A DNA stretch of 64,000 nucleotides from Nymphaea colorata (Eukaryota): contig NC_045138.2 of NCBI RefSeq assembly GCF_008831285.2, forward strand, positions 5,952,001 through 6,016,000, written 5' to 3'. Positions 51,201 to 64,000 of the stretch are shown here, piece after piece. Both the position numbers and the translations under genes were made by a program. The notes below the pieces were generated by a model. It worked only from the letters and a program-made list of their open reading frames with translations, made no database searches and was not told where the DNA came from. Each line of letters starts with the position of its first letter. Position 1 is the first letter of the stretch.

Positions 51201-52624
51201 GTATTTACAGTCCATCTGCCGCAGGAGTTAACAGACCATCTCGGAAAAAGGTTAGAAAGAAGATTATTTGTTGCTATATGATGTTACTGAACCTTTTATT
51301 TTCATTTCAAAATTGTCTGAAATGTGTACTACCATGGTTTATAGTCACTAGACTGGTACTAGCCATGGTTTATGATACGGCGACGGCTATTGCGGTTTTT
51401 CCAATGAATTATGGTTCTATTAGAGGGTATTTGAATGCCTTTAATGTTGATTTTATAATTGAAATTGTAAAAGCAAAATTCTACCACAAACTGGGATTCA
51501 AATGAAAATTCTACTTCTAATTTTTTTTTCTATTTATAATATGAAATTTTGATTTTAGAATTGAAAATGATGTGTTTGATAAAACAGAAATTAAAATTCC
51601 ATATTGATGAACTGCAACCTTCGTAACCCTAAGGAAAAATGAAAAAAAAAAATGCAAAAATCTAGAATCATAATTCACCTCCTAAGATACAATCACAAGA
51701 TTCAAAAGCGAGTCCAAAATTTTGAAATCAAAATTCTTCATTTGATAGCACAATTCCCATATTATCAAAAATAAATATTCTAATTTTAGAATTCTACAAT
51801 TCCACCCTCATCAAATGCTCACTTAGGATGTCAATATATCCAATTTGAATCGCATATCTGATCAAACTATTACAAAAAAAATCAAATATGGAAATAATTT
51901 GAATATCCGATTAAGAAATCAGAGCCAATTCGGCTTTAAGAAATGATATCCCATCGGATTCGGATATACATAAATTTGGATATGGATTCAGATCACATTT
52001 ATTTTTAAGCAAATATCTTATATTTAATGCTCTTACGTTTTGAAAATCAAACAAGTTTTGTTCAAAGTTCAAAATCGGATTCAAATATGAATGTAAAAAT
52101 CAGATTCAAATTGTGAAAGTAGATTTTTGGTTCAGATTTGGATATGACTTTTTTTTTGGTACTCAAATCCGAACAGAGATAGATATTAGTAAAAGTGACA
52201 AAGAAAATTTAAAAGAGAAATAAAAAGAGTGGAAGCACGAGGGAGAGTGAATGAGAGAAATGAAAGAGAGATAAAGAAAGAGAGATTAATAAAAAGGGGA
52301 GAAAGAGATATCTAAGAGATAAACTAAAGAAAGATAGTGATTAGTAAAAGAGAGACGAAGGGAGATTTTAGGAGAGACATCGAAGAGAGAAGTGAAGAGA
52401 GATTAATGAAAGCAAGACAAAATAATTAAAGAGAGAAATTAAAGGGAAAGAGATTTAAAGATGAGAGATAAATTGAAGAGAGAGTGTGAGGGGAATCAAT
52501 AAGAAAGATGAAAAAAGAAATTTTAAGAGAGATATTGAAGAAAGAGGGGGAGAGACAAAGATTAACAAAAAGAAAGAATGAGAGATTTTAAGAGAGAAAT
52601 TCAAGAGAAGAGAGAGATCTAAGA

Positions 52625-53365
52625 GAGAAAAATGTATTTTAATAGAAAAATAGAAGAGGGAGGGAGACATTAATAAAAGAAAAAAAAAAGAATTTAAAAA
52701 AACTGAAGAAAGATATGAAAGGGAGGAAGAGGGAGAGGGCATAAAAGAGAGAAAAAAAAATATTAATAGATGAATCAAAGAAAGGGAGAGAGAGAGAGAG
52801 AGATTTAAAAGCGATAAATAAATTGGGTGAGAGGGAGAAATAGAGAAACTGAAGAGTGAGAGAGAAATTAATAAAAGATAGAAAGATACATTTTAAGATA
52901 GACTTGAAGGGAGAGAAAGGTTAAAAAAAGTGAAAGATAAACTTTTTTAAGTGAAAAATAGATGAGAGAGAAAAAGTAATAAAAGAATAATCTATTCCCA
53001 AAGAGAAAACCCTTCCCACCTTTGAATATGGGCCCAGACCATTTGGAAGAATAGTCAACTCTAGAAGAATTTAATGAAAGTAGCTCTTCTTGTTCTCTTG
53101 TTGTATTTTAATCATATGGAGGATGTACTTCTCAGGTGACACTAATAGAATGGTCAATAGATGCCTATTAAGAGAATGAAGAAAAGAATGTGATTAAAGT
53201 TTTGATTTAAAAATAAAAGAGCAAGTAGCGAGATTGTAAGAGAGAAATCAAAGAGAGAGAGATTAATGAAAGAGAAAAAAGGAGATATTTTAAGAAAGAA
53301 ATCAAAGAGAGAGATTAGTAAAAGAGACAAAAAATAGATTTTAAGAAAGAAATCGAAAAGAACTC

Positions 53366-53396
<31 letters not shown>

Positions 53397-53900
53397 GAAG
53401 AAAAACCAACTTTAAGAGAGAAATAGAAGAGGGTGAGAGAAAAAAAGAAATTGAAAAGATAGAGATGGAGAATGATAAAGGAGAGAGAAAGAGATTTTAA
53501 AAGAGAGATTAGAGAGAGAGATTAAGAGAAGAGACAAAAAGAAACATTGTAAGAGGAAAATTAAACAGAAAGAGATTACTAAAAGAGAGAAAAAAAGAGA
53601 GATTTTAAGAGAGAAATTAGGAAGAGACAAAAGAGATTAATAAAAGAGAAAAAAAACATTAAGAGAGAAATCAAAGCGAGAGAGATAGAGATGAATAAAA
53701 GAGAAAAAAATAGATTTAAAAAGAGAAATTGGAGAGAGACTAAAAAGAGAAAGAGAGATTAAGAAAAGAGAAAAAAAGAGAGATTTTAAAAGAAAAATTG
53801 AAGAGAGTGAAAGAGGAAAAGATCAATTTTAAAAGAGAAATCAAAGAGAGAGAAAGAGATTGGAATTAATAAAAGAGAGAGAAAGAGATGTTTTAAAAGA

Positions 53901-53945
<45 letters not shown>

Positions 53946-56900
53946 CATAAGAGATAAAAATATTTAAGGGAGAAAACAAAGAGAGATAAACTGAGATTGA
54001 TATATAAAAGAGAGAAAATTTTTAAGAAGAAATTGAAGAAATAGGGAGACAAAGAATAAAAGAGAGAGGTAGAGAGGAAGAAATTGAAAAGAGAAATAAA
54101 TTAATATAAGAGAGAAAAAGTGAGCTTTTAAGAAAGAAGTCAAAGAGTAGCAAAGAGAAAAGGAAAAGAAGATTAATAAAGGAGTCAGAAAGATTGTAAG
54201 AAAGAAATTAAAGGGTGATGAATCCACAAAAGATCTAAAATGTAGACCATAGGACCATAAGTTGGAGTAGTCTGCCCCAACTTGTCAATTAACAATGAAA
54301 TTGGCCCTTGTTTTAATTTATTTTCTGGCAAGTTACCTTGAGAGCTAGAAGCGGGAGAAGGTGACTAGGAGCTGACTATCACACAATCATGCAGCAGGAA
54401 CATAACAAATCTAAGGACTAACTACTAGCATCCAAGATTTCTCCACCATCATTATAAAAAAATAAAGATACTGAGAAAAATTTTTTTGATAGCATTACAA
54501 GTGGCTGATTGAACTTCAAGAAGATGAATTGCAATAAGAACAAAACAATGAACAACAACTTTTAACACAGATGGAAGAACAAAACAATGAACAACAACTT
54601 TTAACACAGATGGAAGAGGGGGTGGGATAACTTTCCCCCTCTTTTATTAAAAGTTGTTATTCATTGCTTTGGCTAAATTGCAATTCATTTTCTTGAAGCT
54701 CAATCATCCACTTGTCATACCATCAAAAATATTTTTCTCAATCTCTTTATTCTTCTACAATGATGGTGGAGAAATCTTGGATGCTAGTAGCTAGTCCTAA
54801 GATTTGTTATGTTTTACGTGCCAGTTAGCTCCTAGTCACCTTCTCCTACTTCTGGCTCTCTAGGTAACTTGCCTGCAAATAAATTGTTTAGATCTTTATG
54901 GATTCATGATTCATCTCCCTTTCATTTCTTTCTTGCAATTTTTTTCAGTCCTTTATTAATATTCATTTCCTTTTCTTTTCGTGATTTCTCTCTTCTCTCT
55001 CTTTCTCTTTGATTTCTCTCTTAAAAATCACTTTCTCTCCTTTTTATTAGTCTATTTCTCTTCAATTTCTCCCTATCCACCTCTTTCTTTTTCTTCTCTG
55101 TCTCTCTCTTTCTTCGATTTCTCCTTTAAAATTTTTCTCTCTTTTTTTTATTGATATCAGTATATCTCCCTTTGATTTCTCTCTTAAATGTTTTTTCTCT
55201 CTCCTTTATTAATTTCTCTCTTAAAACATTTTTTTTCTCTCTTTTATTAATCCCTCTCTTTCGATTTCTTTTTTGACATCTATCTTTTCCTCTCTCTCGT
55301 CAATTTATTTTTTATTTGTATTTCTCTTTCTCTATCTTTTGTTAACCTCTCTCTCTTTTTGGCTTCTCTTTGATTTCTTATTTAAAATCTCTTTTTCCTC
55401 TTTTTGTTGATCTCTATCTTTCTTTTTGATTTCTCTCTTAATTTCTTTTTTCTTTTATTAATCTCTTGCTGTCTCTCCCCATTTTCTCTCTTAAAATCTC
55501 CCTTCTTCTATGTTTTATTAATCTCTTTCTATTTTTTTCTCTCTCTCTCGTTTTGATTTCTCTCCTAAAATCTCACTTTCTCTCCTTTTTATTAATCTAT
55601 TTCTCTTCAATTTCTCCCTCTCCACCTCTCTTTTTTCTTCTCCGTCTCTCTCTTTCTTCGATTTCTCCTTTAAATTTTTTCTCTCTTTTACATATTAATC
55701 TCAGTTTATCTCTCTTTGATTTCTCTCTTAAGTTTCTTTTCCTCTCTCCTTTATTAATTTCTCTCTCTTCTTGATTTTTATATATGTATGTATATATATG
55801 TATTTATATAAATCTCTAATTTCTCTCTTCAAACATTTTTTTCTCTCTTTAATTAATCCCTCTCTTTTGATTTCTTTTTTAAAATCTATCTTTTCCTCTC
55901 TCTCTCTCTTCAATTTATTTTTTAAAATTTCTCTTTCTGTCTCTTTTGTTAGCCTCTCTTTCTCTTTTTCAGGTTCTCTATCTGATTTCTCTTTTAAAAT
56001 CTCTTTTCCTCTTTTTGTTGATCTCTATCTCTCTCTTTGATTTCTCTCTTAATTTCTTTTCTCCTTTATTAATCTCTCGCTGTCTCTCTCCATTTTCTCT
56101 CTTAAAATTTCTCTTCTTCTCTCTTTTATTAATCTCTTTCTATTTAATTTTGCTCTTAAAATATTTCTTTTCTCTCTTTTCTTAATCTCTCTTTCAAAAT
56201 ATATTTCTCTCTCCTTTATCAATCTTCATCTCTATATCTTTTCAGTTTCTTTCTCTCTTGAATCTTTCTCTCTCTTTTATTTCTCTCTTAAAGTATTTTT
56301 TTCTCTTTTTTATTAATCTCTTTCTCTCTCTTTTTGTTTCTTTTTAAAAATATATTTTTTATCTTTTTTATTAATCTCTCTCATCCCTCTTTCTCTTTGA
56401 TTTCTTTCTTAAAATCTCTGATTACTTACTCTTTTATTTTCAAACCAAAACTTTAACCACATTCTTTTCTTCATTTTGTTGATTATCACCTATTGACCAT
56501 TTTATTAGTGTCTCAAAAGTATATTTTTCTTTGAGAAGTACATCATCAATATGATTGAAATACAACAAGAGAAGGAGAAGAGCCGCTTTCATCAACTTCT
56601 TTTAGGTAGACTATTCTTTCTCATAGACTGGGCCCATACTAAACAATGGGAAGGGTTTTCTCTTTCAGAGTAGACTATTCTTTGATTACTCTTTCTCTCT
56701 CCTTTATTTTTCACTTAAAGTTTCGCTTTGATTGTTTAACCTTTCTCCCTCTTCAAGTCTCTCTTAAATGTCTCTTTTTATTTTTTATTAATTTATCTAT
56801 CTCTTTCTCTCTGTTTAGTGTTTTTATTTCTCTATATTTAAATCTCTCCCTCTCTCTCTCTCTCTCTGATTCATCTATTGAATCTTTTTTCTCTCTCTCT

Positions 56901-57015
56901 CCCTCTCCCTTTCTCTCTTTGATATCTTTCTTTACTTTTTTTTTAAATTCTTTTATTTCTTTTATTAATGTCTCTCTCTCTCAATCATCTATTTTTCTAT
57001 CCAAATATATTTTTT
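52625..57015. repeat. ~4.4-kb imperfect palindrome centred at ~54628
   Basis: Core 54315-54622 / 54635-54885; flanks 54181-54240 / 54887-54960; islands 52980-53235 / 56420-56690; GA-rich left arm vs CT-rich right arm. Confidence 0.88.
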
Positions 57016-59829
57016 CAATAAAGGGAAGTGCATTCTTATCAAACTCCATTGTGCTTCTTCTCTCACCTTTGGGGACCGTTTGGCAATGAAAACAACTTGT
57101 AACTATTCCATGAAATACGCTAAAAGAACTTGGAGCAGATACATAAAATACTTAAATTAAGTGTTCTATGAATGTTCTCCAAGGATCATGACATATCATG
57201 TAATTGTTACAAATTGGTCTCTTTACCACATAGGCACTTATGAACAGTTACATTTTTTGTTTTTTCCAACCTGAAGTTTTGTCTTATCAACATCAGTCCA
57301 GTTTCATACGTGATCGGAATCAATTGGAATCACATGCCTTTTTTCTTGTTTTCGATTCCTTTATTAATCTTAAAGCTCTTTTATGAATTTTTTTTCTCCG
57401 TAGGCACATGAGGAAAATCTTTTGGTATGGACATGGGGACTTTACGACCTTCAAGTTGAAGAAGAATCTCGCATTTGGTACTCGGACCATGACATGCATG
57501 CACATGCACATGTCATATGTGCACTAACGCATTTACTATAGCAACAATTATCAACAAAATGAGATGAATACACATATCATGTATGGACCACATTAATGCA
57601 TATCTTGTGGCCATTGTAGCGAATATATGTCAGCAATATGGCCCATCCATGCAGATCATACATGTTTTATACATTCAACCAATAATTTTCTCTTTAAGCG
57701 GTATTTGTATTTGAAGAGAATTGTAGAATTCAAGAATTAAAATTCTCATTTTCGATGAAATAGGAAGTGTGTTGTCAAAGAGAGAATTTTGATTCTGAAA
57801 TTATCGGTTAACTCTTCAATCAAAATTTTGGAATTGTGATTCTACACTAGGGGGTAAAATTATGTTTCAGAATTTTAAAATTTTTTCATCTATTTTAATA
57901 CACATGTCATGATGGTTTTACTTCATCAATTCTAGAATTGTAATTCCTGTTTTATCAAACGCATCGTTTTTAATTCTGAAATCAAAATTCCACATTACCA
58001 AACACAAACAGAAACTAGAACTGGAACTTTCATTTCAATCTCAGTTTGATGTGTAATTTTGTTTCCAGAATTTTAATTCTATAATCAAAATTCAAGGCCA
58101 TCAAATGCCCCTTTAAAAGTCGAGTTTTGTAATGTTACTCTACTTTAGATAACCTGTTAGGTTGGATGCAAACCTCAATGCAAACTCTACTGGGGTCTTA
58201 TTGGATCCGCAATGTAACCTGTTAGGTTACAGATTGAAAATTGTGAAAAACAAATAAAGGAAAAAACAGGAGACCTTCAAATAAGCCTTTACTTAGGCAT
58301 TAAACTATACAATGAAAGAAATAAACTCCTCAACATCCAATAACTCTCATCAAAACACATCTTCCAGCATTACTGATAGCAAATACAATCTTCTCCATGC
58401 CTTTTAGATCAATACGTACAGACTGCAACAACAAATCAAGTTCACCTCTTTTACATTTTTCTTACATATTTTGTATTGATTTTGAAATATTTTTTTTGGA
58501 GCAACAAATCAAACGGGCCGAGCAAGGGGCTGCGCACCATTTTCATGCTTAATCACCCCTTGGGGAGTGATTTTGACCCTGTTGGGTGGACATTAGTCCT
58601 TTCCACACCCCAAGGGTTATTTGTTGGGCTAATGGTCAATCCCACTTGGTCAAAACCTTTTTTTTAAAAAAAATAAAAATCATTCAAAAATACTTAGAAT
58701 TCACTTGTAAATTCAAGAAAATTCAAATTTTGAGTTCTGGCTCCAAAACTCTCTATATATTTACCCTCACAATCTCCTTTCTCTTGGGCATGAGCTAACT
58801 CTTGTGGAACATTTACTACTTTCTCACTTGAAAATCTAGAGTCTTCCAGAGATGCTCTCTCTTTCCATTTCTCTCTTAATCATTTGTTCTCCAACCTTGG
58901 GAGCAAGCTTCTTCAAGTTCACACTCTTCAAGTGAGTATGAGGGGATATCTTAGGGGGATACCTTCATCATCTTGCTGTTTCATTTAAGGCGACCCTAGG
59001 CTCATTCAAAGGAGGAGACTCATTCCTAATATCATATATATTCGAGGTATGTACTCATCTTCTCATTTATTTTCATTTCCTCTTGCCACATCCCTATGGC
59101 CGTGCAAGAAAGCTCTAAAGATTTTTTCTCTAGAGTCAAGAACTACTCTTGAGTGCATCGAGAGTATGAGCAAGATGAAATAAATTTCATATCTTCATTT
59201 ATTTTTAAAAATATACTTGTTATGTCGCTTTATTCATAATTTATGTTTGAGATGATGTTCATGCATGATGGATTAATTTTACTTAATTAATGAGCAAATA
59301 CACGGATAGATTGAGTGTTTGGATTGGGGGTTTCTTCATTATTATGTTCATTTTTTAAGTTGGGATTTGTCCAACCCGGAAATGTCATTCACAAATATGT
59401 ACATGTTCACATATATCTTCATGTCATTATCACGTTTAGTTTTTCTCTTGATCACTGATTAGGAACTCCAATGAGTGCCTTGTTACGTTGCTCCTCATTT
59501 CATGAGTATTTGATTTTCTTTCATATCCAATGGTGGGAGAAATAAACTTTCTTATAATAAACAAAATAAATGTTCACGTACAAAAATATATAGAATCATG
59601 TTTTCTAAAAGATTTTCGAAAACTCTATTTAACGAGGTCTTAGAGACTTAACCTAATCTCTTCAATAAGCCCAAGTTTTTCTCTAATCTACATAGAAAAA
59701 TTGAAGTCAGATATTTTTTAAGTTATTTCTTGATTTCAACTCTCATGAAAGCATATGCATATATATATATATATACGTGCACTTGACTTTCTCTCTTTAT
59801 GATTTAACATATTCCTTTACAAATTCTTA

Positions 59830-59847
59830 TACAGGTACATATATAAA

Positions 59848-59920
<73 letters not shown>
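59830..59920. repeat. Compound microsatellite (TA)n(TG)n
   Basis: Read directly. Other long (TA)n at ~15461, 24732, 34568, 45423 and 46917. Confidence 0.95.
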
Positions 59921-61038
59921 TCTATTTTCTCTCTCTCTCTCTAAAATCTTTCTCTTTTTTTCTAAAATCTTATTCTCTCTTTCCATTCGATTTAATATTT
60001 CATTTTCACAAACTTTCATATATGTGTGCGTGTGTGTGTATATATATATATATATAAAAGTACGTATATGTCAACGTATCTCTCTTTGTTGTTTTTTTAA
60101 TCTTTTATTTTGTGATTTTAAAATATCTTTCCCTCTCTCTTTTTTCATATTCATCTCTAATTAAAGCATTTTTTCTTTTCATTCTTTTAAATATTTTTCT
60201 CCCAAGATCTTTTCATTTACCGACTTCACTAAGACCCAAACTTAAGTAATGACCTAATATTGTAATAAGACTTGATAGTCTACAACCCTATTTCATTTTC
60301 AAATTTTTTTTCTCTTTTCACCAAAAATATTTATGACAATTATAAAATGAGAAACTTAGACATTCATATTCACTTGTGAAATCACGAATGATCACAAACA
60401 CCTTTATAAAAGAACTTAAGCTGGGATGAAACTCTAATTAGGTAGTAACCAAATTAGAGTAAATTATCAAACCTACTTAAAATTTAAGAGAACACTAAAA
60501 TGACTTCAAAAAGTGATCTTCAAAGGTCTCCAAATTATATTTGTAAAGATTTCTTAATGCAAAATTTTTCAAATCAAAATGTTTTATACTCTCAAATGAT
60601 TCTTCAAAACTTGCTCAAAAATTTGAAACATCATTTTTAATATTTTCTCAAACACCACACCACATTTAGAATGAACAAATGTTTAAACAAAAATGAAATG
60701 CATCAAGAATAAGCATAGCCCTTGGATTGGTTAGTCCTGATAAAGTGCCAGGACCGGTCAATCCTCTTATCGACGGGTGAGTCACTTTCTCTTTTATTTC
60801 AAATAAAGCCTCATTTTTTTTAAACACTCCAAAGACTAAAAGATTTTTGGGGATGCAAACACTATCGCTGAAAAGCCAACGCAGCTGTTTTGTCGGAACA
60901 CTATTGGATGGGCCTGCTAGTGACTGTGGGGGAGGAGCCATCGAGGCTCCCCTTGAGATGATGAGAGAGAGAGAGGAGATCTGGGACATTTTGGTTCTAA
61001 ATCGAATGGCTAAATATTCATGTTCCCTTAATGTCATC

Positions 61039-61079
<41 letters not shown>

Positions 61080-62569
61080 GTATAACACATTCCCCATGCA
61101 TGTCATAATTTTGAAATCAAAAGCAAAATGAAATTTGAAAGTGTTACATGGCAGAAGCCTCTGAGACTAAAGAAATGAAGATAGAAAGTAAAGCATATGC
61201 CTCCTACATTAAATATTGTAAATAAAACGTCTAAGGGTTTTAGGAGATCAATCACACCATGATCGAATGCCAAAATCTTCCAAATGTTTAACAGCCAAGA
61301 ATCGAGTCATTAGCCAAGTGTGTGTCATTAGTCTTAAGCACACTATGCTTGTTGAGTGCATTTGCCACCTGAACCAACATTACAAAAATAAAACAACATT
61401 AACTCAATAGAAGATACATTCATGACCAGAGGCTAATCCCACTCCTCGGAGTAAAGGCCGAAGCCTCCCCATTTGCCTCTTTCCCTTTATGGTCTAGAGC
61501 TGCTTTAGTGCTTCAAGTGAACCCAATAAAAGATATAAATCTGAAATACGTCATATTTAAAAGCCACTAATAGTTCCTCTGTGGGATATTTTGTTTAAAA
61601 CTAAATTCGATTCAAATCTGAATTTGATTTGATATTTAAGCATATCTTAATATGAATTTGGTTGGTGATATTTTTATATCTAAATCCAATCCAATTTTTT
61701 AATCAAATAATTTTTTTTTTCCATATACAATTTTTTCATAACAGTTGGCTCTGTTATCCGATCCAAGCTATATATTAGCATCCCTACCCACGAATTGAAT
61801 CTGTTTTCAGCACAATAGATCTAGCAACTTGAATCGAACTTGCTTAACCTTAAGTCAAGGTCAACTCGTTCGGTTAACATGGTTCTAGCAAATGGTGATT
61901 TTGGAAACCATGAATAGATTTTTATTCTGCCTCAAATTTAAGGATCTCAACTTAAACAAGGTCAGACTTGGAACCCACAAATTGCAAAATCTACACCATG
62001 TAATTTCATGATGTAATCTATGCATCTTACAAACAAATGATTTCATCATATCCTTCTTTAAAAATAATGATATGCAATCTTGAAAGTTTAAGATCTATGA
62101 TTAAAGATCTATACGTGACATCAGAATTAAAATCTGTTAGATTTGAGGCAATCAAAAACCCCCAACAAGTCGGGCACAAAACAAATAAACAAGCCTAGTT
62201 TGAGCTGAAAGATTGAATTGAGTATATAATCAAATTGAACTTGGATCTTAAAAAACCAGCATTCAAATCCACATTCGATTAAACGTGTATATATGCTCTT
62301 ATGAAATAGTCTAAACTTGGGGCGCATTATGCAGAGACTTCCTGGTTTCACTTATAAGGGGCTGTCTTCTTGTACCGGTAGAGGTCTCGCCACCTAGTAC
62401 TGATGTAGCTCTTGATCTTAAATGCAAGAGGAAGGAGGGAGGCTTCGACTCTTGCTCGGTATGTTGAAATTTGCAATTTTATGTATGGACTTTTGCTCTT
62501 ATATAAGATATGAGAACTATGGATTTTACAGTAAAAGTTTTGCCATCTTGTCAAAAATATGTAACATCA

Positions 62570-63581
62570 GATCGAGTCAACACGGTGAGGCGCAACATCA
62601 AGCGCTTCGTGCCTGAGGCGCAAAAGATATATATACAGTTTTAAAAAAGAGTTAAAAACAGAAAAAAATGCCCGCGCGTTTTTTTCATTTCCCCAGCTTT
62701 TAACGAGCGAAACCCTGCGCTTGTGTCTCCCTCTAATTCTCTGTCTTCCTCTCGACTCACGGCCGAGTCACGCCTCCTCTCTCCCTCGATTCTCACCGCG
62801 GGCGCCGGCGCCCCTCAGGTATCTCTTTCTCTATCTTTCTCTCCGTCCTTCTGTCGATGTCTCTCTCTCTCTCTCTCCGTCTGAGGAGTGGCCGCCCGCC
62901 ACTCCTTCTCTCTGTGGGTGAGGGCCGTTGGTGGCCCTCCCTCTCATTTCTCTCTGTGTGCTGAAAACAGGGCTGCCATGGGTAGCCTTGGCCCCTCTCT
63001 CTTTATTGCAATGTAAGCCCTCCCCTCGTCTAATTTCGTGGAATTTTCCAGCTTTTTTTTTGGCGTGAGGTGGTAAATCATTTCCGTCTGTAACTATACT
63101 TTCGTGGGGGCTTTATTCCAGTTGAGAATTCAACCGTTCCTATGTTTTCTAGGTCTTGCTTGTTTTTTTTTTTTTTTTTTTTAAAGGTACCATGTTAGGA
63201 CAAGAGATTTTCTGCGCTTAGAAGCTATTGTTAGCATGGGTATACTACTGTTTAGAAGATTTTGCTAACACAAATCTATTTGAGGATGGCCAAATGTTTG
63301 TTAGATGCTTTGAATATAATTTCGTGATTGTGAATATAACTTGTTTTATCTTGCATTATGAGTATAAATCAATTGTGGTTTGCATGGGCGTGTGTGTTTA
63401 AAAGATGGTCAATATGAGTTAAATTTGTTCTTTTACATCGTTGTTTACTTATGCACTTGTTATTTTAGTTGTTTTTTTTGTTTTCCAAATTTTTCATTCT
63501 TAACTATGGTTCAAAGCCTTGAGACTTATACCTCGCCTCATGATAGGTCCTCGCTTCGCCTCATGGCATTTAGTAACATTG
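62570..63581. mobile_element. Possible non-autonomous hAT-like element with GAGGCG/CGCCTC subterminal motifs
   Basis: GAGGCGC twice at the left, CGCCTC motifs at the right ending TAACATTG; GC/CT-rich interior. Left TIR and TSD not found. Confidence 0.4.
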
Positions 63582-64000
63582 TATGCACGTGTGTAACTGT
63601 AATATATGGACGCACATGTGCAATTGAATATATTGATATTCATCAAAATGATATTACATTTAGTTTATCATCTTTGACTCATATAGCTGCTTTCTGTTTT
63701 CAGTGAGGGGAGCCAGCAAGGGATAACACATCTCCTTTTTGGTATCTTTTGCGCAGGCTTATTTACCATGGTAAACTTATTAACTAAAGTCTAATATATA
63801 CACCGCAATTTGTATTTGTGCTTAAACTTGAAATTGTATTTATATTTGCTGCAAGTTCTATCTTTTCTTCTTGAATTCTGTTATGTTGTTGAATTATGGG
63901 GTTTGTTTCATATTAAGATCTGATTTGTTCAATTGCCGAATCATGAATTCTAATTTCTATGTGTCTCATATTAACTCTTAAGGTATTGAAGTTGAAATTC

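Noticed and set aside
58480..60860. Complete solo gypsy-type LTR
   Set aside because: Termini and TSD could not be defined; only the internal repeat match is reported.

Overview
Plant nuclear DNA (angiosperm-type NLR, PPR and Ty1/copia content), AT-rich and repeat-dense. It is a decaying tandem cluster of CC-NB-ARC-LRR resistance-gene homologues. It holds NLR1 (17383-20076; one nonsense codon, LRR interrupted by retroelements), an orphan LRR tail with a 300-bp higher-order repeat (30691-31341), NLR3 (48590-51200; several lesions) and four copies of the NLR upstream region. Between these lie three Ty1/copia elements plus remnants, an internally deleted hAT element, an L1 RT relic, MITEs, a purine-rich repeat family, and RING-VWA and PPR gene fragments. 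One small, apparently intact transmembrane-protein gene sits at 43271-43528 (- strand). The most notable structure is a set of long inverted repeats. Two fold-backs (23.4-25.6 kb, 31.8-32.7 kb) lie directly behind the NLR 3' ends and carry in their arms a ~100-bp module also present in every NLR upstream region. There is also a ~4.4-kb palindrome with a 12-nt loop (52.6-57.0 kb). All alignments were made by eye, so repeat boundaries are approximate and no function is demonstrated.
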